Shown here: positions 17,857 through 26,985 of the stretch, piece after piece
Position numbering within the stretch: the first letter of the stretch is position 1
How the letters are laid out: the number at the start of each line of letters is the position of its first letter
From: Promethearchaeota archaeon
GTDB taxonomy: Archaea > Asgardarchaeota > Lokiarchaeia > Sigyniarchaeales > SOKP01
DNA: 34,992 bases
Assembly: GCA_048941265.1 (NCBI GenBank)
Contig: JBHLNT010000029.1
Span: 1 to 34,992 of the forward strand
Direction of reading: 5' to 3'
Made by a program: the position numbers and the translations under genes
Notes under the pieces: generated by a model
Database searches by the model: none
Told to the model about the DNA's origin: nothing
What the model saw: the letters and a program-made list of their open reading frames with translations, nothing else

Positions 17857-18747
17857 TCATTTAAAAAAAAAAGAATAATCTTTAATCAATTTATCTCCGT
17901 CAGGATTTCTTAAAATTACTTTACTTTTTGAAATAGAATCAACATAAAATTTTTTTTCTTCAATAAAAACTGTATCATTTTTATGTAAAGGTAAAATTTT
18001 AATTAAGGATTTTAATCTATAGAGGTTTCTTCCTTTCTGAGAGTCACGCCCTACTAGTTTTTTTGTTCTCTTTAATATAAAATGATAATTTGCTCTTAGA
18101 TATTTTATAATATGATTCATCAACTCATTAGTGCTCAGATACAAGTCAACACCATATTTTTGGTCTTCAACTTTTGATATGTATTGCCTTGGATCCTTTT
18201 CAAATAGTACTTCCACATGATGATGTATTTTTTCGAGGATTTCAGCTATTATATCAAATTCCGTCTCATCTTTTACTCTTAATTGAATTATTGATAAATA
18301 GTAAGTACCGCCCCGAATATTTGAACAATTTTTACACAAATCATATTCCACATTAATTTGTAGATTCTTTCGGTGTTTTATAGCTACATTATCTATCAAC
18401 ATCCCTTCAACCACTGCTTTTATTGACTTTAACATATTTTTTGATGAATATACAAAACTATTTTTATCAAAAGAGATTGAAAAATTGATTTTTCCGGCTT
18501 TTGAATATGATTTTAATAAGAATTTCCTTATGGCATCCTCAATAATAGCGAAAATCTCTTTTCCTTGAGACTCAAACCATTCCTCCTTTATGGTATACTT
18601 CCCACAATCGATACAGATTTTAAATATAAAAATTCCTGGTAATTCAAATAAAGGATGCTCTTTTGAATAACAATGGATGCACATTCCAAAGTGAGGTGCG
18701 GAATCATCAAGATCTTTCCCACATATTGCACAAAACTTACGAGCCAT
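17857..18747 (-). CDS. nmd3: NMD3 ribosomal export/maturation protein
   Basis: Four CxxC pairs, YYLSIIQLR, GVDLY and KLVGRD...YR motifs. Confidence 0.9.
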   Translation of the reverse strand: MARKFCAICGKDLDDSAPHFGMCIHCYSKEHPLFELPGIFIFKICIDCGKYTIKEEWFESQGKEIFAIIEDAIRKFLLKSYSKAGKINFSISFDKNSFVYSSKNMLKSIKAVVEGMLIDNVAIKHRKNLQINVEYDLCKNCSNIRGGTYYLSIIQLRVKDETEFDIIAEILEKIHHHVEVLFEKDPRQYISKVEDQKYGVDLYLSTNELMNHIIKYLRANYHFILKRTKKLVGRDSQKGRNLYRLKSLIKILPLHKNDTVFIEEKKFYVDSISKSKVILRNPDGDKLIKDYSFFFK

Positions 18748-19046
18748 TAAAACATCATCTTCATTGCCATGGGAACACCATTAATAGAGCGCACACCTTC
18801 TATAGGGAGAATTTTACAGTTAACGGCCTCCTTTACGATATGTTCTCCCACAATATTAAAATATGAAGCTTGCTTTAAAATTTCAATTGCTTCCTCTACA
18901 TTGATTAAAGTCCCACCAAAAAACTGGTTTGTTATTTTAATCTGTAAATTTCCTTCCGTAAAAACTTGATCGAGTAAATTTTCATCGCAACAAGCTACAG
19001 TTTCAATATCATTTTTATAATGAATCTTAAGGAAAACTTTCATCAT
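18747..19046 (-). CDS. DUF424 family protein
   Basis: LKIH...VACCDENLL...FFGG...NIVG...GVP pattern, in its usual position between aIF2beta and NMD3. Confidence 0.85.
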   Translation of the reverse strand: MMKVFLKIHYKNDIETVACCDENLLDQVFTEGNLQIKITNQFFGGTLINVEEAIEILKQASYFNIVGEHIVKEAVNCKILPIEGVRSINGVPMAMKMMF

Positions 19047-19076
19047 TTAAATTATTTTCATCCTGCTAAAGATTAA

Positions 19077-19490
19077 TTATTTTTCCCTAATTACTCTCCT
19101 TGCACCACATGCACCGCACTTGAGAAATAATTTTTTTGCTTCCCTTTGAATTTCTGTATCCGGTTTATTGCAAACATCACACAAAACATAAGTTTTAGTA
19201 TAACTTTCAATTAAACGGTTAAGCACTTGTTCTTTATAAATACCTTTTAAAAATAATTGTTGTCCTCGTATTTCACCCATAGTTCCTGCTGTTTTTAGAA
19301 AAATCCCTAAAAAATGTCTGGCATCTCTATTAAGTGTATTTATGATTTTGTTAAAGTTAGTGATAAAAGTATTTTTACTTTCAATTCTTAATTGGACTTT
19401 TGGAATTTCAAATCTAGAAGATTGCTTAACGTTTTCTGGAATTTTTTCGTAAGCTCTCTCCAATAACTTATTGTAATCGTGTAAATCCAT
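19077..19490 (-). CDS. eif2b: translation initiation factor 2 subunit beta
   Basis: YNKLLERAY...RFEIP...YVLCDVCNKPDT...CGACGA. Confidence 0.93.
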   Translation of the reverse strand: MDLHDYNKLLERAYEKIPENVKQSSRFEIPKVQLRIESKNTFITNFNKIINTLNRDARHFLGIFLKTAGTMGEIRGQQLFLKGIYKEQVLNRLIESYTKTYVLCDVCNKPDTEIQREAKKLFLKCGACGARRVIREK

Positions 19491-19590
19491 GATTATCTTT
19501 TTTTTGAATAATTTTTAATATTAATTAGTAATAATACTTCTTTAGAATAATATTTTTTTGATTTTTACCGAAGAATTTTTTATTACCAAA

Positions 19591-20349
19591 TCAATAACTC
19601 TGATAAACACCTTCTTCGGATTGATAAATTTTTGATTCCATCTCTAAATCTGTAAGATAATTTTTAAAATCCTCCTCAGAAAGTTCTAGAGTGTTTTTTA
19701 ATTCTTCAAAACTAATCCCTTTTCCCTCTTTAGTGTATTTTTTGATTATTGAATAAATTCTTTCTTTAACCTCGTCAGACTCTGAAGTTTTTTCATTCTC
19801 AAATAATTCGTTAATATCAATTTCATCAGAAGATAAATCAATCTCATATTCCTCTTTAATTATTGCGGGGATTTGTTCTAATTCTCCAAATTTAATTTCT
19901 TTTATTATTTCTGCGTTTCTTAATAAGATTAAATCCGGTTCTCTAACTTTTTTGATGATTTCAGGATAAATTTGAGGAAAACCATTCCATTCTCCAATTC
20001 TACCAATAATATCTACAATATCGCCTTTAATAAAATCACTATATTGATCTGGAGTTATCTGAAAAAGAATTGCACGAATTAAACCCGTACCATCATCTAA
20101 TTTAAATTCCAAATTTACTTTAAGATCGGTTTCTTCATCTGATGAGATTGTACTATCAACATCCTGAGTACTTATAAGCTCTCGCTTCTCAGTAATAGTT
20201 GCAATAATTCGGACTCTTTTAATCTTTCCAAATAAAGTTAAATATGAATTATCATTACTTAAATATTGTCCTTCTAAAAGGTGTTTAATCCAACAACAAA
20301 CTGCGGGAAATCTTTTAAAACTCTGCGTTTCATTCATACTGATCAACAA
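19591..20349 (-). CDS. RPA32/RPA2-like single-stranded DNA-binding subunit (OB fold plus C-terminal winged helix)
   Basis: RVRIIATI...LDDGTGLI...GDIVDIIGR OB fold, an acidic linker and a GISFEEL...LE..SKIY winged helix. Start may be the ATG at 20337. Confidence 0.75.
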   Translation of the reverse strand: MLISMNETQSFKRFPAVCCWIKHLLEGQYLSNDNSYLTLFGKIKRVRIIATITEKRELISTQDVDSTISSDEETDLKVNLEFKLDDGTGLIRAILFQITPDQYSDFIKGDIVDIIGRIGEWNGFPQIYPEIIKKVREPDLILLRNAEIIKEIKFGELEQIPAIIKEEYEIDLSSDEIDINELFENEKTSESDEVKERIYSIIKKYTKEGKGISFEELKNTLELSEEDFKNYLTDLEMESKIYQSEEGVYQSY

Positions 20350-20435
20350 ATAAAAATAAACTATTTTTTAATAAAGAGCTATCTATTAAAAAATAAATAT
20401 ATTGAAATAAATACTATCTTTGTAAAAAGGTAAAA

Positions 20436-20606
20436 TGGTAGCGGGGGTTCGAGATCCATAGCGCTGGAAATCAGCGGATACTTTATTCATCAGGAAATCA
20501 CGTTCAGTCTTTCTGTGTTGAACGAACGATCTCAGGGTTTCTTAAGTGAAAACTCTATTTTCCATTTATGAGCCCTGCGGCATAAACCAGGCTAGCCCAC
20601 CCCGCT
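20436..20606 (-). tRNA. initiator tRNA-Met(CAT), CCA encoded; intron at 37/38 (20539-20566) plus a 64-nt T-loop insertion parsed as three introns
   Basis: A1-U72 (AGCGGGG/CCCCGCT), three consecutive G-C pairs in the CAGGG/CCCTG anticodon stem, GTTCG/CGAAC T stem and ACCA end. Confidence 0.93.
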
Positions 20607-20629
20607 AAGGGTTAAATTTATTCCTATGA

Positions 20630-20646
20630 GTTATTTAAATTGTTTA
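20630..20646 (-). promoter_or_regulatory. BRE/TATA-like promoter of tRNA-iMet
   Basis: Minus strand reads AAACAA-TTTAAATA about 26-33 nt upstream of the tRNA 5' end. Confidence 0.55.
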
Positions 20647-20760
20647 TGAATCATAATAATGTTCCAATAATTTAATGTTTTCCCTTTTTTAGTGCCGTTT
20701 ATTAATATATTTATAAAAATAGGATATAAATTAGGAATAAAATGGAAATTTTTATCTAAA

Positions 20761-21567
20761 ATGGCAGATCAGCATTCACAAAGTTTTTTTGGTCAAAATA
20801 CAGGCTTAATCATAAGCAGTTCTTCAAAATCGGATGCTTTTTTATTTATAAGAGGTATAAGGAGAAAAAGTGATGGTAATTGGGAAAAACTATCTGCAGG
20901 TGAAGGTAAAGTTATTAAATGCTCTTTAGAAGAAATTGTCATGATTCTTACTGTATTAAACCGTAATTCTCTAAAGTGGCAAAGTTATCATACTTATAAG
21001 GATAATAAAACATCTATTTCCATTGGATGGGAAGATGAAGAAGCTAAAACTTTATGGATAAATATTGATAAATATTCAAAGATGATAAATTATGCTCAAG
21101 CAGAAATAATACGTTTATTATTGATCCATATTTTAGATGAAAAAATTAGATATGCTACATCTTCTAACAATGAAAATATGAATAAAGGTAAAGACCTTAT
21201 TAATTCTCCCAAAGATATTAATTATATCAGCCATAATGGAAAAAGTTATTATGAAAATTATAAAGCAAACTATAAGAACAAAAAAACTCAAATTACAACT
21301 TTAGAGCCGAATAATCCTCCTTTTCAACAAGAGAATTCAATTATCTCAAACTCATCTCCTAATGCGAATCTCTTAAATGAGATGAGTAATATAGACGGAA
21401 CAATTTCAGGTGAAACCCATAAAGCATTGTTAATAAATTTTAACTCTGGAAAGGAAATTTGGATTCCTAAATCGACTATTCACTGTCAATACAGTCCAAA
21501 GCAAAATTTAGTGCAAAAATTCTTAATTGATAATTGGGTCCTAAAGAGGAACAAAATCATTTCATGA
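20761..21567 (+). CDS. hypothetical protein; N-terminal domain Whirly/PC4-like, C-terminal small beta domain
   Basis: ATG at 20761 preferred over GTG at 20692. Two domains are joined by an Asn/Ser-rich linker. Confidence 0.6.
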   Translation: MADQHSQSFFGQNTGLIISSSSKSDAFLFIRGIRRKSDGNWEKLSAGEGKVIKCSLEEIVMILTVLNRNSLKWQSYHTYKDNKTSISIGWEDEEAKTLWINIDKYSKMINYAQAEIIRLLLIHILDEKIRYATSSNNENMNKGKDLINSPKDINYISHNGKSYYENYKANYKNKKTQITTLEPNNPPFQQENSIISNSSPNANLLNEMSNIDGTISGETHKALLINFNSGKEIWIPKSTIHCQYSPKQNLVQKFLIDNWVLKRNKIIS

Positions 21568-21682
21568 ATTTAATATTATAATTTAAAATAATTGTTTAAT
21601 TTTTTCTTTATTATGGATTGTAACCGTTAACCTTAATTTTTATTCATAATTTCCAATCTCAATTAAGGTTAATAGTTGCTAA

Positions 21683-23509
21683 ATGAGTTTATCTGATTTA
21701 ATAATTGATTTTTTTTTAAATCCTTGGTTCTTACTTTCCTTGGTTTTTTGGGGAATTGTGGGTATTTTGTCATATTTGTTAAGAAAGAAAAAAGAAGCTG
21801 TTATGGTTTTTTTCCCTTTATTAGCATTATTTAAAACTAAAAAATTGAATAACTTTATTCTAAAGATATCGAAAAAAGCACCAAGATTTTGGCGAATATT
21901 CTGGACAATTGGAATATTTATTTCTTTTGCATTTACAATTTTTGCTTTTTTCTTCTTTTTCATTAATCTTTTTAACTTAATCACAAATCCAAGGATTGAA
22001 AATGCAGTTACGCCTCTTATTCCTGGAGTAACAGTAAGTTTACCTTTATTTATGTATCTAATAATACCAATTTTATTCGTTATGACAACCCATGAATTTG
22101 CACATGGAATTGCTGCGAACAGCGATGGAGTTGAGGTAAAATCAACTGGAGTCCTTGGAGCAGGATTTTTCTATTTAATTGGGCTAGGAGCATTCGTAGA
22201 AGTCAACGAAAGAGAATTAAATTCATCAAAATTTCATAGAAATACCCGCTTAAGAATTGCTTCTGCTGGTACTTTTGTAAACGCCATCACGGCGGGAATC
22301 GCTATTTTATTAATTTTAAATTTTCCTCTCCTTATTTCCCCTTTTTACGGTCCACAACTCTATCAAGTCGATACTGTATTAACTAAGGAACAGGGAGGAT
22401 TCAATGAGGGAAATTTGGACAAGGGGGATGTATTAAGGGCCGTGAAAAAAAAAGGATCAAATGAAGGTTTTATTTATTTTGATAGCTATACAACTCTTCA
22501 TACAATATTAGAAAATGACTCGCGTAAACTTAAGGTTTCAGTTGGAGATGAGTTGACTTTAAAGATCTATCGACCAAGAATAGAAAAATATGTTGAAAAA
22601 GATATCAGTTTAGGACCACTTTATAATATTGGTATTTTATATGAGTACGCTTCTAACACAGAATTAAAAATAACATACATTTTTTCAAAAGAAGAGGGTG
22701 GAAATAATTATAATGAAAAATTGGAACAAGATTTAATTATCACAAAATTAAATGGAACGTATATAAATGTTGAGAAAGGGAAAACTCTTGAAAAATTTTT
22801 AACACACTATAATTTAACGACGATGAAATTAACTTCAAAATCGGGAAAGAACTATTATTTAAATGTAGAGCTTGATGGAGTTCGAATTGGAATTTTAACG
22901 AAATTATATTGGATGCCTAAAAATGATCTTGCAAAATTGCTTGGTGGAGAGCTACCAGATTTTTTAATAAGAGAACTTATATGGTTATGGATCATAGCTT
23001 TTAGTGTTACCATTTTTAATATGTTACCTCTTCCTATCTTTGACGGCGATCGCGTTGTGAAAGAATTTGTCAAGTGGGGAGTAGGAGAAAAATATATAAA
23101 AACTAAAAAAAAGAAAGAAAGAATTTTATATAAAAAAGGAGAGAAAAATTATCCCTTATCAGAATATCGTGTTGAAAAAATAGATTCAATAAAGATAATT
23201 ATAAAAGATAAATCAAGAATTGGAATGGGAATTGAAAGCCAAAGCGAAGTATTATTAAGTGACAATAAATACTCCCTCATAGATGCTATTGGAGATGGAT
23301 TTAAGTCAACCATATCATTCGATTTTCCTAAGCAAACAGAATTGCCGGATAATTCAATTATTGAAGTGTCATATGAATATCAATATGATGAAAAGAGACG
23401 ACAAAAAAAATTAATTTTAAACACCATAAGAATAATTACCCTATTCATAGTTGCCGCTAATTTTATTTTATCATTCGTGTTATTAGGCGCTGTTACCTTT
23501 TGGATCTGA
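21683..23509 (+). CDS. site-2 protease (M50 family) with PDZ-like inserts
   Basis: HEFAH zinc motif, GAFVE, NMLPLPIFDG and multiple TM segments. Confidence 0.9.
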   Translation: MSLSDLIIDFFLNPWFLLSLVFWGIVGILSYLLRKKKEAVMVFFPLLALFKTKKLNNFILKISKKAPRFWRIFWTIGIFISFAFTIFAFFFFFINLFNLITNPRIENAVTPLIPGVTVSLPLFMYLIIPILFVMTTHEFAHGIAANSDGVEVKSTGVLGAGFFYLIGLGAFVEVNERELNSSKFHRNTRLRIASAGTFVNAITAGIAILLILNFPLLISPFYGPQLYQVDTVLTKEQGGFNEGNLDKGDVLRAVKKKGSNEGFIYFDSYTTLHTILENDSRKLKVSVGDELTLKIYRPRIEKYVEKDISLGPLYNIGILYEYASNTELKITYIFSKEEGGNNYNEKLEQDLIITKLNGTYINVEKGKTLEKFLTHYNLTTMKLTSKSGKNYYLNVELDGVRIGILTKLYWMPKNDLAKLLGGELPDFLIRELIWLWIIAFSVTIFNMLPLPIFDGDRVVKEFVKWGVGEKYIKTKKKKERILYKKGEKNYPLSEYRVEKIDSIKIIIKDKSRIGMGIESQSEVLLSDNKYSLIDAIGDGFKSTISFDFPKQTELPDNSIIEVSYEYQYDEKRRQKKLILNTIRIITLFIVAANFILSFVLLGAVTFWI

Positions 23510-23564
23510 TAGAAATTATAAAGTGATTTTTATTAACGATATAAAAAATGGCTATAATTTATTT

Positions 23565-24524
23565 ATGCAGATTGGAAGCTGTACGTACTGCCATAAAAAT
23601 ACGCTAGTTATACATAGAAAATATTCAGGTGAATTTATCTGTAAAAAATGCTTTATCGATAGTATAGAAAAAAATATTTATAAAACAATCTCAAAATTTA
23701 AAATGCTAAAGCCACGGGATAATATTGTTGTTGCAATCTCCGGTGGTAAAGATTCTCTTACCCTGCTTTATAATCTAATAAAAATTCAAAAAAAAAACTA
23801 TCAATCAAAACCTTTAATAGCCTTAACTATCGATGAGGGAATAAATAATTATAGAAATAATAGTATTAAGAATGCGAGTGATTTCTGTAAAACTTATGGT
23901 ATAACCCATAAAATTATTACTTTTAAAGAGAAAATTGGAAAAACATTAGATGAAATTATCTCTCTCAAAAAGAATTCTAATGATTACCAAAATGCTTGTA
24001 ATTATTGTGCTACATTAAGAAGACGATTATTAAATGATGAAGCTAAAGAACTTGGCGCCGATGTTCTTGCTATAGGACATAACCTTACCGACATCGCGGA
24101 AACATTTCTAATGAACATCCTATTTAAAAGATTTCAATTAATTTCGAATCAGTATTTTTTTAAACAAGAAAATAATAAGATTGATAAATTTTTTATTAAG
24201 AAAATTTCACCATTAATGAGAATTCCTGAGGAGGAAATTTTTTTATATTCAAATTTAAAAAATTTTAACCATTATCCTTCTCATTGTCCATATAGAGAAA
24301 AAGATCCTATCTTAAGAAAAAGAGTGCTAGAATTTATCCAAGAATGTAAAAAATTTAGCCCAGAAATTGAATTTAATTTATTTAATGGATTTTTAGAAAT
24401 GTCAGAATTATTTTATACCCAGCACCAACCAAAAAATTATAATTTTTGTGAAGTTTGTGGATATCCTTGTGGAAATATGAAAATCTGCCTTTATTGTAAT
24501 TATAAAAAAGAATTTAACTGTTAG
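23565..24524 (+). CDS. tRNA 2-thiolation protein TtuA/Ncs6 family (TIGR00269-like)
   Basis: N- and C-terminal Zn fingers, SGGKDS, CNYC, GHNLTD and CPY motifs. ATG at 23565 preferred. Confidence 0.9.
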   Translation: MQIGSCTYCHKNTLVIHRKYSGEFICKKCFIDSIEKNIYKTISKFKMLKPRDNIVVAISGGKDSLTLLYNLIKIQKKNYQSKPLIALTIDEGINNYRNNSIKNASDFCKTYGITHKIITFKEKIGKTLDEIISLKKNSNDYQNACNYCATLRRRLLNDEAKELGADVLAIGHNLTDIAETFLMNILFKRFQLISNQYFFKQENNKIDKFFIKKISPLMRIPEEEIFLYSNLKNFNHYPSHCPYREKDPILRKRVLEFIQECKKFSPEIEFNLFNGFLEMSELFYTQHQPKNYNFCEVCGYPCGNMKICLYCNYKKEFNC

Positions 24525-24526
24525 TA

Positions 24527-25507
24527 TTACTTTATTAAAAATTCGCTAATTTCTTTTAATTTATCATATCCTCGTATTTCTGTCTTAAAAAGTGGAATCT
24601 CTATTAGTTCCTTATGCAATTTCTCTCCAAAAATTTCTCTTATTTTGCTTAAATTTTTTTGTTGCATCTCCCTTCGAGCTTTACAAAAATCGCATAGCTC
24701 TATTGTATCTTGATATAGTTGGTTTATTATAATATCTGAATTAGGAATATTATATTTCAACAATTCATTTAAAAGTCTGCCAGTTTCTGCTATGGCCATC
24801 TCTTCTGGAATTGTGACTACAACAAAAGAATTTTTGGAAGGATTGGTAAGGTCATCTCGAGCGTTCACAATAGAGTTTTTGAGGTTTTCAAGAAGTTCTA
24901 AAGAATTATCCTCTTCTATTTCATCCTTCCCAAACATTTTTTTAAAAACTCCAAAAAATTTGCCCACTTTCATTCTTAATTTCAACAATTTTCCAATCCA
25001 TCCGGATAATGTCTCTGGAAGACTTAAAAACCTTAAAGTATGACCAGTTGGAGCCGTATCAAAAATGATCAAATCATAATCATGATCTGTCTCAATGAAT
25101 TCTAACACTTTTCCGAATGCCAATGCCTCATCAATTCCTGGAGGATTCATGGATGCAAATTCTTGGATATCACCCATACCAAAACTATCCATCATATTAC
25201 CCATACCCATATCTTCCATAGGATTCACATTAGTTAATCCCTTAAATTCGGTCATGTTTGCTTTAGGATTTATCTCAAGAGCAGTCAAATTTTTAACTTG
25301 TTTGACTGGAGATGGCTCTCCAGGTGGCAATTCTACCCCTAAACTGTCCCCTAAAGAATGAGCAGGATCGGTACTAATAATTAAGGTGTTTCTACCATGT
25401 TCCGCAGCCCAAATAGCTGAACTTGCCGCACAGGTCGTTTTGCCCACTCCTCCTTTCCCACCAAACATAACCATCTTTAAATTTAATAATATCTCTTTCA
25501 ACTCCAT
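24527..25507 (-). CDS. ArsA/Get3 (TRC40)-family ATPase
   Basis: GKGGVGKTT, STDPAH, Met-rich segment before PGIDE, DTAPTGHTLRFL and C-terminal CDFC. Confidence 0.92.
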   Translation of the reverse strand: MELKEILLNLKMVMFGGKGGVGKTTCAASSAIWAAEHGRNTLIISTDPAHSLGDSLGVELPPGEPSPVKQVKNLTALEINPKANMTEFKGLTNVNPMEDMGMGNMMDSFGMGDIQEFASMNPPGIDEALAFGKVLEFIETDHDYDLIIFDTAPTGHTLRFLSLPETLSGWIGKLLKLRMKVGKFFGVFKKMFGKDEIEEDNSLELLENLKNSIVNARDDLTNPSKNSFVVVTIPEEMAIAETGRLLNELLKYNIPNSDIIINQLYQDTIELCDFCKARREMQQKNLSKIREIFGEKLHKELIEIPLFKTEIRGYDKLKEISEFLIK

Positions 25508-25612
25508 AATTTTTCACGCATTTTACTTATTATTTAGGAAACAACTTTAAAAAGTAATTGAGATAATAAACTATCAAAATTAAGTTCGAATCAATTTTAT
25601 GTTAAAATTCTT

Positions 25613-26887
25613 TTAATAACTGAGCTTATAGCGAAGAATTGCCACGATTCCTCCAAATGTGCTGTATAACATCTCACCTTCTTCTGTTTCAGTCGAAAGT
25701 ATCTCTATATCTGTCCCTGTTGTCTCAGCGATATCACCAAGTTCATCAATTATGGATTTTGTTTCAGTAATACTGAAATTATTCGAATTGCATTTAGGAC
25801 AACTTTCTTCTTGGATTTCTGATTCTATTTTACTTAAATATGCTTCTTTTGAGGTTCTACTTTCAATATAACCACAATTAGAACATTCTAATTTGATTTT
25901 ATATGAATCTAATTTCTCAGAAAGGATCAATATATCAACAGCGCTATAATTTAAGGCCTTTTGTACTTCTTGTAATCCATATGTAGCTAATCCTGTATCA
26001 TTAGAAATTTCTTTCATAAAGCGTTGCATAACTTGTTTCTCTCGTATATATTTTACATTCTCAATTTTATCCTTAATCTTTTCGATCAAAGCTCTAATTC
26101 CCTCAGCACCTCCGTAGCCCAAATCAACAACATCAATGATTTTATCCCGTAATCGGTAATCTAAGCTTTCATCACTTACGAATTTTTCTTTTGAAGGACC
26201 AGGTCCCCCTATAAAAAGTCCGCTTAAATCTTCCATAGGTAAAAATATTTTGTTCATTTCTTCTGAAATCCTACGGTAAAATTGCTTTTCACCCTCTTCA
26301 ATCAATCTTTCAAATCTTTTTTGTGATTGACCTCCTGCTCGATGTTTACCATGAATCCCTGAAGTAAATTCTCTTACTATTTCCACATGATTGCCTCTAA
26401 TGTAACCGACGGCAGATTCTGCTCTTCCAATTACAATTAGACCAAAAGTTTCTTTCGGTTGAAGCATTTCTTCTAAGGGCCATAATAAAAATTCACTTGC
26501 GCAATGATATCGGAAGGTTGTCACTTTCCCAGGTGGATGAAGAATATATAATTCATTTTTTTCGGTTCCAGGAGTATTATTTTGGGGGATAGCTCCTGAG
26601 AACATAACTAAACCGTTATCAGGAGCCTCATTGATGTTTCTTAATTGTCCTAAAAGACTTGAAATACCATCTAATACATTCTTCCGAGTAAGTTTGGATT
26701 TAATATTTTGACTTTCACTTATCTCATTTTTGAGATAATTTGTTACATCTGATATCTTTCGATCATGCGGAATGTATAGTGATATTAATTCAGTATGGAA
26801 TCCTTTCTTATTTCTAAGATTATCCAATAACTTTTTAGTCCTATAAAATTCTAAATCGCTACTTTTCTTTTTAAGCTCATAACTCAT
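25613..26887 (-). CDS. prf1: peptide chain release factor aRF1
   Basis: TELISLYIP, NIKS, YHC, GGQS and FGGIVAILRY motifs. Confidence 0.97.
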   Translation of the reverse strand: MSYELKKKSSDLEFYRTKKLLDNLRNKKGFHTELISLYIPHDRKISDVTNYLKNEISESQNIKSKLTRKNVLDGISSLLGQLRNINEAPDNGLVMFSGAIPQNNTPGTEKNELYILHPPGKVTTFRYHCASEFLLWPLEEMLQPKETFGLIVIGRAESAVGYIRGNHVEIVREFTSGIHGKHRAGGQSQKRFERLIEEGEKQFYRRISEEMNKIFLPMEDLSGLFIGGPGPSKEKFVSDESLDYRLRDKIIDVVDLGYGGAEGIRALIEKIKDKIENVKYIREKQVMQRFMKEISNDTGLATYGLQEVQKALNYSAVDILILSEKLDSYKIKLECSNCGYIESRTSKEAYLSKIESEIQEESCPKCNSNNFSITETKSIIDELGDIAETTGTDIEILSTETEEGEMLYSTFGGIVAILRYKLSY

Positions 26888-26985
26888 AAATATCTACACA
26901 ATTATTAAAACATACAAAAGATTAATAGTTTTTCTTTATTTTAAATCCATAAATATAAAGAACTAACGTATGGACTTACGAAAAT

